Origin: an uncultured Spirochaetales bacterium
GTDB lineage: Bacteria > UBP6 > UBA1177 > JAKLFG01
Direction of reading: 5' to 3'
Assembly: GCA_964412895.1 (NCBI GenBank)
Contig: CAYPQK010000007.1
Span: 1-51,353, forward strand
Length of the DNA: 51,353 nt
The translations under genes and the position numbers were made by a program. Below, in pieces: positions 16,127-23,925 of this stretch (position 1 is the stretch's first letter; each line of letters starts with the position of its first letter). The notes below the pieces were generated by a model that worked only from the letters and a program-made list of their open reading frames with translations, did no database searches and was not told the origin of the DNA.

Positions 16127-17650
16127 TCAGGGCGCGGTCGTACCGTCGACCGGTTCCGACCACGGCAGGCCGATATGGATGTGATGGTGGTGATTGGGGT
16201 AGTCGAACAATGACGTGCCGTCGTTGAGTTGGTCGGCCAGCGCCGGTTCGATATGGCGTGGGTCGTCCTGCGGCAGAGCGGCGAGGGTATAGGCCGCCTC
16301 CTGAAGAAGCGGCAAGAGCGTTCTATCGGTCAGCACCGCCGACATCCGCCCGCTCGCGGTGAGTTGTGCGATGAAGAATATCTGCCGCTCCAGATCGATG
16401 AGGTGGGTATTGACCGCGTCGGGGTTGCAGATCAGGTCGGTTCCCCATCCGGCGGTCCCGCAGACCTCGCGGTAGCGGTTGTCGCCATTCTGCTGGTAGT
16501 AGGCGATGTCCATCGCCCGGCCGTGGATATGATTGAACCGGCCCGGCGCATCGTGCGAGATATCATAGCGGGGCGACCGCCCGTCGGTCTGACCGCTCAT
16601 ACCGACGCCGAGCGGTGCGGTGCCGGGAAAAGCCGCCATCGTCTTGAATATCGCGTTGCGGACATACATCAGCAGTTCGCGCGCCGCGAAACGGTAGTTC
16701 GCGTGGTTCTGGAAGAAGTAGGCGCCGCCGGTGATATCGAAAGGGAACGGCAACAGGTCGGTGCCGTCGAATCCGGCGCCGTAGCACTCCTCTTCGGTAA
16801 AACCAAGCCCAAGACAGTCCGCGCCGTCGGTGTACGGATAGAGTTTCGCGGAAAGGCGGTAACGGTTCTCGGCGCCGTTGTAGCCGACCACCTTGAAGAA
16901 ATAGGTCGCCATCCCGGCCGGATCGTAGAAGCCGAAGAGTTCGGCGTCGGTCTCGTATTCGCGGACGCTGGGATGCGGATACGGCTCTATGACGCAGGAA
17001 CCGCCGGCACCGCGACAAAGCCGTGAACCGAGAAACCCGAGTTGCCCATCATGCACGAGCAGGTCGATGTCTCCGCGCTTGTTGAAGTATTCGATGCCCC
17101 CCTTCACCACCACGCCGGAGGGGACCGTCATACGGTACCAATGTTCTTCGCCGGTGCAGAGTTCGCGTTCGTTCTGCGGCACGGCGGGATCGAAAATCCC
17201 GGCGGTCTGCGGCGTGTTGGAACCGGTTGCGGCACTGCAACGATACGGTTGGGCGCAGGCACTGCACCGGGCATCGGCCTCGTTGAAACGGCCCGGCGTG
17301 CAGAGGCGGTACTTGTTCTCGTAGCCGGCGCAGGTCGCTTCGAGATAGCGCGGCGTGCAGACATCGTAGGCCGCACACTGCGGCGCGGAGAGGCATCCCA
17401 TGCCGTCGGGGCAGTTTTCGGCGCTTCCTTCGGTCACGCAGCGGCCGGTCGCTCCCTGCATGCAGACGCCGTAGTAACAGACACCGGGATGGAGTAGATC
17501 ACCCTGACATTCGATGTCGCACTTACACGCACTTCCCGGCGACAGGAACACGATGTCGGTATCGACCACCGCCTGCGCGATGTCGTTCTCGCAGGCGATG
17601 GCGGTCAACATTGTAAGCAGTACAACCATCTGTCGGAACAACAATTTCAT
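16127..17650 (-). CDS. Cys-rich lipoprotein with PPC (pre-peptidase C-terminal)-like domain and LAS/MepA-like zinc-peptidase motifs
   Basis: Lipobox LTAIAC|EN, and about 24 Cys in the first 140 aa. The PPC-like segment is HWYRMTV...GDIDLLVHDG. NHIHGRAMDIAY (HxxGxAxD) and the C-terminal NHHHHIHIG (HxH) resemble the metal ligands of LAS-superfamily murein endopeptidases. Confidence 0.5.
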   Translation of the reverse strand: MKLLFRQMVVLLTMLTAIACENDIAQAVVDTDIVFLSPGSACKCDIECQGDLLHPGVCYYGVCMQGATGRCVTEGSAENCPDGMGCLSAPQCAAYDVCTPRYLEATCAGYENKYRLCTPGRFNEADARCSACAQPYRCSAATGSNTPQTAGIFDPAVPQNERELCTGEEHWYRMTVPSGVVVKGGIEYFNKRGDIDLLVHDGQLGFLGSRLCRGAGGSCVIEPYPHPSVREYETDAELFGFYDPAGMATYFFKVVGYNGAENRYRLSAKLYPYTDGADCLGLGFTEEECYGAGFDGTDLLPFPFDITGGAYFFQNHANYRFAARELLMYVRNAIFKTMAAFPGTAPLGVGMSGQTDGRSPRYDISHDAPGRFNHIHGRAMDIAYYQQNGDNRYREVCGTAGWGTDLICNPDAVNTHLIDLERQIFFIAQLTASGRMSAVLTDRTLLPLLQEAAYTLAALPQDDPRHIEPALADQLNDGTSLFDYPNHHHHIHIGLPWSEPVDGTTAP

Positions 17651-17667
17651 CGACTCACCGGCCTGCC

Positions 17668-17691
17668 GTTACTTGTTCGGTTACTTGTTCG
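17668..17691. repeat. perfect 12-bp tandem duplication in the fic / lipoprotein intergenic spacer
   Basis: gttacttgttcg occurs twice (17668-17679 and 17680-17691). On the minus strand this reads CGAACAAGTAAC x2 and ends 17 nt upstream of ATG 17650. Confidence 0.9.
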
Positions 17692-17700
17692 GTGTGGCGG

Positions 17701-18717
17701 TCATTCGACGACTTCCCAATGGCCCGCCTTGTCTGAACCGATGCGTTTCAGTCGGCCCTGTTCACGGAGTTCTTTGATACGGCGTTCAACGGTGCGGGTG
17801 GTTTTGTTCAGCAGTGTGGCCAATTCTTTTGCCGACAAGGTCGGGTCTCGTTTCAGGATGTCCAATATCTCGTCTTTTACACCGACATTTACACCGACAT
17901 TTACACCGACATTTGCAGGGACATTTACAGGGACATCAGTTGCTGTTTCGGTCGCCTTCACTTGGGCGAGCGCCTCTTTGATGACCGACAGCATGAATTC
18001 GATGAACCGTGTGGAGTCGCCCGACTTGTTGCAGGCACCAAGCGCGGCGTAATAGTCGAGCTGATGATCGTGGACTATAGTCTCGACGGGAACAAAGGAA
18101 AATAGCGGCCGCCACTTGCTGAGGATACGCGTCTGCCACAGCCGTCCCATCCGGCCGTTACCGTCGGAAAAGGGATGGATGAACTCAAATTCGTAGTGAA
18201 AGACCGAACTGGCGATGAGTGGCGGCTCCTTGGTATTCTTGAGCCAGTCAAGCAGGTCGGCCATCAGGTGCGGAACCTTATCGGCGGGCGGCGCCATATG
18301 CACTACTTTTTTTCCCTGGAACACCCCCACGCCGCCGCTCCGGAAGGCGCCCGCGTCGTCTATGAGACCGGTCATCATGAGCCGGTGGGCCGCAAGCAGG
18401 TCGCGCTCGGAGACGGGGTCGAACCGGTCGAGTTCCTCGTAGGCGGCAAAGGCGTTGCGGACCTCCTGTATCTCGCGGGGTCTGCCGAGCACCCTCTTGC
18501 CATCGAGGATAGCGGCAACCTGTTCGAGGCTGAGGGTATTGCCCTCGATGGCGAGCGACGAACGGAGCGAACGGATGCGGTTCTCGCGCCGCAGGAGCGG
18601 TAGTTGCAGGGCGTCGACGGCGAGCGAATGTCGCCCAATCCATTCGCTGATGTCGCCAAGGAGCGACAGAATGGTCGGCGTTATTTCGTAGGGCGGTTTA
18701 TAGCCGGGATTCACCAT
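17701..18717 (-). CDS. Fic-family protein (class II, N-terminal auto-inhibitory helix) with C-terminal winged-helix DNA-binding domain
   Basis: Canonical Fic motif HPFSDGNGRMGRL. Inhibitory motif SLAIEGN matches (S/T)xxxE(G/N). The C-terminal segment ILDILKRDPTLSAKELATLLNKTTRTVERRIKELREQGRLKRIG is wHTH-like. GGGGAAG RBS present. Confidence 0.85.
   Translation of the reverse strand: MVNPGYKPPYEITPTILSLLGDISEWIGRHSLAVDALQLPLLRRENRIRSLRSSLAIEGNTLSLEQVAAILDGKRVLGRPREIQEVRNAFAAYEELDRFDPVSERDLLAAHRLMMTGLIDDAGAFRSGGVGVFQGKKVVHMAPPADKVPHLMADLLDWLKNTKEPPLIASSVFHYEFEFIHPFSDGNGRMGRLWQTRILSKWRPLFSFVPVETIVHDHQLDYYAALGACNKSGDSTRFIEFMLSVIKEALAQVKATETATDVPVNVPANVGVNVGVNVGVKDEILDILKRDPTLSAKELATLLNKTTRTVERRIKELREQGRLKRIGSDKAGHWEVVE
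17881..17940 (-). repeat. in-frame 12-bp tandem repeat (5 units) encoding a (V/P)NVG-type linker inside fic
   Basis: Plus strand reads accgacatttac | accgacatttac | accgacatttgc | agggacatttac | agggacatcagt. It encodes ...DVPVNVPANVGVNVGVNVGV... between the Fic core and the wHTH. Confidence 0.9.
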
Positions 18718-18745
18718 GTTCGGTCTTCCCCATCAAATCTGCGGG

Positions 18746-18773
18746 AGTATAACATAACCGGGACAAAGGGCAA
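18746..18773 (-). promoter_or_regulatory. promoter cassette copy B (TTGCCC-N16-TATACT) upstream of fic
   Basis: Minus strand reads CACTTCCTCCTAATATATG-TTGCCC-tttgtcccggttatgt-TATACT-CC. There are 28 nt to the fic ATG. The upstream part overlaps the last codons and stop codon of cca. Confidence 0.5.
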
Positions 18774-18779
18774 CATATA

Positions 18780-19991
18780 TTAGGAGGAAGTGTTCGCGGA
18801 AAGGAGCGGATGTTTTTCCCGCAGTTCTTTGAAGGCTTCGGCTTGGAGGTTGAGGAGTATCTCGCCCGACTTGGGGCCGAGGTCGCGGTATTTTTCGGGC
18901 AGCGGGATATCGAGGATGCTCTCGAATTCGGGTGCGAGCGGTGTGAGGTCGACCGCCTTCCCCGCCGAGTCGGCATGGATCATCGTAAGGTATCCGGCGA
19001 TCCCGCCGCCCGGAAAGCGCCGCAGTTTTTTGAGGAGCGTCACCGCCTTCCCCACCCGCATCACCGGCAGTTTCGCCGCCGCCATGTGATAGCGCGCCGC
19101 CAGTTCCCCCGCCAGCCGGAAGCTGTTCGGTATCCGCAGACGGTCGCAGAGCGCCGTGACGAGTTCCACCCCCGCCTCGTCGTGGCCGTAGTGGTGCGGC
19201 AGGATGGCCGGATCGGTCAGCCCCTTGCCCAGATCGTGGCAGAGCGCCGCGAACCGCAGATGTGGGTCGGCCGTCGGCAGACGATGAAGCAGTTGCAGGG
19301 CGTGGTCGAAGGTATCGGTTTCTCCTTCGTGGTAAAAATCGGGTCCCGGCATCATCCCGACGAGCGCATGCAGTTCGGGGAAATGGACCGTCAGCGCACC
19401 GGCGTCACGGAGTATCGTGAAAAACCGCCACGGAGCACGGGTGGCAAGCGCCCGAACGCACTCCATCCAGACCCGTTCGGGCGAGAGGGTGTCGAGTTCC
19501 GGCACGAGCCGCCGCATGAGGTCGAGCGTCGCATCCTCGAGCGTGAAGTCGGGCAGGAGCGCCGCGAACCGGGCAACGCGGTAGAGGCGGAGCGGGTCCT
19601 CGGCGAAGGCGTCGCTGATGTGGCGGAGCCGTTTCTGCGCGATATCCTTCCGGCCGCCCCACGGATCGATGAGTTCGCGCGTCTCGAGGTCCTGCGCGAT
19701 GGCGTTTATGGTGAGGTCGCGCCGTTTGAGATCCTCGACGAGCGTGACCGTCGGCGACGCGTCGGTGTCGAACCCACGGTAGCCGGGGGCGCTCTTCGAC
19801 TCGCGCCGCGCAAAGGCATATTCGGCACCGTCAACAATATAGACCGGGAACGCCTTGCCGACCCGCTGCGCGCCGGGGAACCGGTTCAGGAATTCTTCTT
19901 CGGTCGCGCCGACCACGACGAAATCGTTGTCGCCTTTATCGAGTCCCAGTATCTCGTCGCGGATGGAACCGCCGACGCGGTATATCTTCAT
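18780..19991 (-). CDS. cca: multifunctional CCA-adding enzyme (tRNA nucleotidyltransferase with HD phosphohydrolase domain)
   Basis: MKIYRVGGSIRDEILGL..DNDFVVVG, RDLTINA, and HD-domain residues (ALCHDLGK). ACGGAGGGG RBS present. Confidence 0.85.
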   Translation of the reverse strand: MKIYRVGGSIRDEILGLDKGDNDFVVVGATEEEFLNRFPGAQRVGKAFPVYIVDGAEYAFARRESKSAPGYRGFDTDASPTVTLVEDLKRRDLTINAIAQDLETRELIDPWGGRKDIAQKRLRHISDAFAEDPLRLYRVARFAALLPDFTLEDATLDLMRRLVPELDTLSPERVWMECVRALATRAPWRFFTILRDAGALTVHFPELHALVGMMPGPDFYHEGETDTFDHALQLLHRLPTADPHLRFAALCHDLGKGLTDPAILPHHYGHDEAGVELVTALCDRLRIPNSFRLAGELAARYHMAAAKLPVMRVGKAVTLLKKLRRFPGGGIAGYLTMIHADSAGKAVDLTPLAPEFESILDIPLPEKYRDLGPKSGEILLNLQAEAFKELREKHPLLSANTSS

Positions 19992-20013
19992 CGCCCCTCC
20001 GTTGCGTCAGGGA

Positions 20014-20042
20014 ATACTAGCGAAGAGCGCACCGAATAGCAA
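20014..20042 (-). promoter_or_regulatory. sigma70-like promoter for cca (TTGCTA-N17-TAGTAT)
   Basis: On the minus strand, TTGCTA at 20042-20037, a 17-nt spacer, then TAGTAT at 20019-20014. Divergent from the tRNA-Gly promoter. Confidence 0.4.
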
Positions 20043-20050
20043 CCATCAGG

Positions 20051-20079
20051 TTGACTTTTCTTTAATAGTAAGGTATGTA
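20051..20079 (+). promoter_or_regulatory. sigma70-like promoter for tRNA-Gly (TTGACT-N17-TATGTA)
   Basis: TTGACT at 20051-20056 and TATGTA at 20074-20079. The mature tRNA 5' end lies 12 nt downstream. Confidence 0.45.
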
Positions 20080-20090
20080 GAGCGCACTGA

Positions 20091-20165
20091 GCGGGTGTAA
20101 CTCAGTGGTAGAGTGCTAGCTTCCCAAGCTGGAAGTCGCGGGTTCAAATCCCGTCGCCCGCTCCA
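20091..20165 (+). tRNA. tRNA-Gly (anticodon CCC), CCA encoded
   Basis: Hand-folded cloverleaf. Acceptor GCGGGTG/CGCCCGC, D-arm ACTC-AGTGGTA-GAGT, anticodon arm CTAGC-TTCCCAA-GCTGG, T-arm GCGGG-TTCAAAT-CCCGT, discriminator T, then CCA. Confidence 0.9.
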
Positions 20166-20184
20166 AATTTTTTTGCATGGTGAT

Positions 20185-23100
20185 GTGCAAAGAGTACGGT
20201 TCCTCTCAGTAATTTTACTATTTCTACTTGCGTCCCTCTTTATCGTCCGCTTTTCGTTCTATCCGCTCCTGCGCGGCTACCTCGAGATCCAGTACGATAT
20301 CCGCGTGGAGATCGGCAAGACCGGGATCTGCGGCATCGCCTGTCTGTCGTTGCCGACCGTTTCCATTGAACAGCCGGGGGTCTTCCGGTTCACTGCCGAG
20401 GGGGTGACCGTTTCGGCCGGAGTACGGCGGCCGGAACCGTTCAACTACACACCGGTCGTACCCCGTTTCGCGGTCGGCAAGGCACAGCTCACGATAATCG
20501 ACCTCGACGCTTTGATGGGCGATTCCGACGAGCCGCTCTTCGGCCCTGAACTCCCCTACTTCCCGCTGGAACAGGTGGCGGTCGAACATCTCTGGGTGAG
20601 CCTGTCGCTGCCGGGACGGGAACTGAAACTCAACGATATGTCGCTCAAAGGCGACGGGCTCTACACCTTCACGATACCCGAGGCGATCTATACGCAGAAG
20701 GGTCTGCGCGCCGCGCTGCTGTCGACCGCCGAGATCGTCTTCAGCGCGAAGGGGCGCGACTACGCCATCCTGTCGCTCAAAGGTTCCGGCACCGGCTTTG
20801 AACTGTCGGGCAGAGCGACCCCCTCCGGCTTCACCGGCCGGGCGGTCGCGCGGCTCGACCGGATCGTGGAACGGCTCGACGACCGGCCGGCGTCGGGCGA
20901 GATCGTCGCCGATCTCACCGGGACGCTCTTCGGCGGCATACCCAAACTCGAGGCCGACATCCGCGCCACCGGACTGGGCTGGAACAACGAGTTCCGCCTT
21001 TGGGACATCGCGGCGCATCTGGTCGCCGACCCGCACGGGCTCACGGTCGACCAGCTGATGCTCTTCAACGGGAACAAACCGTTCCTCTCGCTCGGCGGCG
21101 TAATGAGCTGGCGCGAGGCGATGATGCGCGGGAAAGTGACGCTGTGGGACCTCGACTTCATGGATACGCTGACCCGGTTCGATGTCTCCTGCTGGGTCAA
21201 CATGTGGATATCGGGGAGCATCGACTACGAATTCTCGTTCAATACCCTCGTCGCGCAGTACCGGCCCCGGCTAACGGCGCGCGATTTCGGCGTACACGAC
21301 GATGCGACGCTCTCGATACTCGACCTTAAAGACACCTATCAGGTCGTCGGCCGCGGCGAGATACGGCCCGGTCGCATCACTCTCGATGAGGCCGAAGTGA
21401 CCCTGCGGGACGACACGACGCACCTGTTCCTGCACGACACCTGGTTCGACCTCGACGATTACCAGAAATTCCACCTCATCGTCCGGCCGCACTCGTGGAT
21501 AGATATCGGACGGGTCGATCAGATCGTCGAACTTCCTTCGGCGGGACGCGGCAACATTGATGTCGCCATCACCTCCTACTACCGGAACCCGCGCATCGTC
21601 GGCCACTTCCGGGGAAGCAGTTGCTCGGTGCGGGGCTTCGACCTCGAACGGTGCGACCTCACCATCGAACTGAAGGATTTCGTCCTGTCGTTCCTCGGCA
21701 ACAGCATCGAGAACCGCACGATCCGTTCCGAAGGCTCGTCGGTGGCGCTCGACTTCAACAGGACGCCGACGCAGATAGCGTTCCTCTTCAATAATGTGAA
21801 CGGCGGCCTGAACGACATCGGCAGGGTCCTGCGAAGGAAACTGCCCGACTTCGGCGGCCGCTTCTTCTTCACCGCCGAAGGGAAATACGCGGGGCGCCTC
21901 ACCTCCCTGACCGGCCGCGCACAGACCGACAAGCCGCGCGTCAACGGTACCGATATCGCCGACCGCATCGCCGTGTCGTTCGTCGACGACAAGGACGATC
22001 TGCGCATCGCGAAGGGCGCCATCCTGATCGGCGACAGTTCGCTCGCCCTCTCGGGGACGCTCGACCGCCGCACCTTCACGCTCGACGCCAAGGCGACGCT
22101 CGACGCCTTCTTCCGCAAGGATTTCTCCTTCCTCGACGACACCTCCTTCATCGCGCCGCGCGCCGTCATCACCGCCACCGGTCCGCTGACCGTCCCGAAG
22201 TTCGCCGCCGAGATGTTCCTCGGCCGCGTGCAGTATCAGGATGTGGTGATGGGGAACTTCTCGGCCGCCGCCGCCTACGATCTGGAAAACGGACGGTTCA
22301 CCGCGTCGGGCAACCTCGGCGAAGCGGCCAGTTTCCGGGGCGAAATGCAGGGACTCGACCCGGCGACGCTCACGGCGACCGCGAAGGTGCAGGATTTCGT
22401 CCACAAGAAGGGCGACCTCTTCTTCAAGACCTCCTTCGACGCGAAGTGGACCGAAGGCGAACTCGACGCGCGCATCGGCAAACTGATGATAGAGAAGCGC
22501 GGACTGTTCGTCCGCAACGCCCAGCCGTTCCACATCAAGGGCCGTTGGGACCGGCTGGCCATCGAGCAGGTGGTCCTCGACGGCGAAACGGTGAACGCCA
22601 CGGTACGCGGCGAGATGCGCAAGGGCAAACCCTACCTCGAGGCGGCCGGTACCCTTTTCCCGGCGGTGCTCGACTCCTTCACCGGCGCGAAACTCTTCAC
22701 CGAGGTCGCTGGCAACGCCTCCTTCCGGCTGACGCTGGAGGATACGGCGCTGTCGGGCAATCTATCGGTGCACGGTCTCGGTTTCACCCTCGCGCCGTAC
22801 GACCTGCCGGTCTCGGCGCTCGACGGCTCGCTCTCCTTCACCGGCGGAGACTGGAAGATAAACACGCTCGGCGGCCTTATCGGCGGCGGCAAACTCGACA
22901 TCAAGGGATCGGGCACCGTGACGCCGGCGTGGGGCGGCCAGATACACCTCGCCATCACCAACGCATCGGCGCGCCAGAAGTATGTCGGCGCTTTCTCTTT
23001 CTCCTCCTACCTCGACATCGTGGCGGCGGCGGGCGAAGAGCCCTCGATCGGCGGCGAGGTAGAGATAAAGAACATCACCTACCGCGACGATCTGTCGCTC

Positions 23101-23922
23101 GACAACGAACTGGTGAAACTGCTCGGCAAGGCGCGGGTGAAGGGAAAGGCGAAGGACGGCGGCGATGCGCCGTTCGATCCGCGGCTCAATGTCCGCCTGA
23201 CCGGCCGCAACGCCCTGCGGGTGAAGAACAACCTGCTCAAGGCCGACATCACCTTCGATACCCGCATCACCGGGACGCTCTCGCGTCCGGCGGTCGACGG
23301 CACCCTGCAGCTCAACGCCGGGGAGCTCACCTTCAAGCAGAACCGCTTCGCGCTCGACCGCGGCATCGTGACCATCGAGACCGAGGAGAAGATCCGCCCC
23401 TACCTCGACATACAGGGAACAAGCCGCATCTACGCACGGTCCAAGGAGACCGAATACAAACTTCTGCTCGGCGTCACCGGCTACCCGGAAGATCTCGCGA
23501 TACGCCTCACCTCCATGCCGCAGCTTGAGGAGACGCAGGCCTATTCACTGCTCCTGTGGGGCGACTTCTTCGACCCGACCCAGCCGGGGGTCGAGAATCT
23601 CGCGCTGGTGGCGGTGACCGACATCATGGGCATCTCCGACGAGGTCAAGAAGAACTTCCAGCTCACCCGTTTCGAACTGACGCCGAAATACAGCGAAATA
23701 GACTACAAAACGGTGCTCAAGATCATCGCCGTCAAGGAGATATACCCGTTCCTCGTGATGTCGGTCGAATCGAACCCGGCCGATCCGGCCGACCAGATGA
23801 TCATGCTTTCCTACCGCGGTTCGAACTTCGACCTGTCGCTCGACTGGAAATACAAGAACAAGCTCGAGACGACTTACGGCGGGGTCGGCGTGAATTTCAT
23901 CCTCAACTACCTGTTCGAGTAA
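20185..23922 (+). CDS. tamB: translocation and assembly module protein TamB-like (AsmA/DUF490 family)
   Basis: About 1245 aa, with an N-terminal anchor helix (FLSVILLFLLASLFIVRF), a long beta-rich body and a DUF490-like C-terminus. Immediately followed by a BamA-family gene. The ORF-track start (20113) lies inside the tRNA. The first plausible start is GTG 20185, with TTG 20173 as an alternative. Confidence 0.7.
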   Translation: MQRVRFLSVILLFLLASLFIVRFSFYPLLRGYLEIQYDIRVEIGKTGICGIACLSLPTVSIEQPGVFRFTAEGVTVSAGVRRPEPFNYTPVVPRFAVGKAQLTIIDLDALMGDSDEPLFGPELPYFPLEQVAVEHLWVSLSLPGRELKLNDMSLKGDGLYTFTIPEAIYTQKGLRAALLSTAEIVFSAKGRDYAILSLKGSGTGFELSGRATPSGFTGRAVARLDRIVERLDDRPASGEIVADLTGTLFGGIPKLEADIRATGLGWNNEFRLWDIAAHLVADPHGLTVDQLMLFNGNKPFLSLGGVMSWREAMMRGKVTLWDLDFMDTLTRFDVSCWVNMWISGSIDYEFSFNTLVAQYRPRLTARDFGVHDDATLSILDLKDTYQVVGRGEIRPGRITLDEAEVTLRDDTTHLFLHDTWFDLDDYQKFHLIVRPHSWIDIGRVDQIVELPSAGRGNIDVAITSYYRNPRIVGHFRGSSCSVRGFDLERCDLTIELKDFVLSFLGNSIENRTIRSEGSSVALDFNRTPTQIAFLFNNVNGGLNDIGRVLRRKLPDFGGRFFFTAEGKYAGRLTSLTGRAQTDKPRVNGTDIADRIAVSFVDDKDDLRIAKGAILIGDSSLALSGTLDRRTFTLDAKATLDAFFRKDFSFLDDTSFIAPRAVITATGPLTVPKFAAEMFLGRVQYQDVVMGNFSAAAAYDLENGRFTASGNLGEAASFRGEMQGLDPATLTATAKVQDFVHKKGDLFFKTSFDAKWTEGELDARIGKLMIEKRGLFVRNAQPFHIKGRWDRLAIEQVVLDGETVNATVRGEMRKGKPYLEAAGTLFPAVLDSFTGAKLFTEVAGNASFRLTLEDTALSGNLSVHGLGFTLAPYDLPVSALDGSLSFTGGDWKINTLGGLIGGGKLDIKGSGTVTPAWGGQIHLAITNASARQKYVGAFSFSSYLDIVAAAGEEPSIGGEVEIKNITYRDDLSLDNELVKLLGKARVKGKAKDGGDAPFDPRLNVRLTGRNALRVKNNLLKADITFDTRITGTLSRPAVDGTLQLNAGELTFKQNRFALDRGIVTIETEEKIRPYLDIQGTSRIYARSKETEYKLLLGVTGYPEDLAIRLTSMPQLEETQAYSLLLWGDFFDPTQPGVENLALVAVTDIMGISDEVKKNFQLTRFELTPKYSEIDYKTVLKIIAVKEIYPFLVMSVESNPADPADQMIMLSYRGSNFDLSLDWKYKNKLETTYGGVGVNFILNYLFE

Positions 23923-23925
23923 CCG

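Noticed and set aside
16036-19991. Classical mobile element (IS, integron cassette or genomic island) carrying fic.
   Set aside because: There is no transposase, integrase or recombinase, no terminal inverted repeats, and no obvious compositional shift. Only the direct-repeat promoter cassettes remain, and these are reported as a finding and labelled inference.
20113-20212. The ORF-track start of tamB inside tRNA-Gly, and a small out-of-frame ORF ATGGTGATGTGCAAAGAGTACGGTTCCTCTCAGTAA (20177-20212).
   Set aside because: Coding sequence inside a tRNA gene is implausible. The 11-codon ORF has no RBS or conservation evidence and overlaps the likely tamB start.
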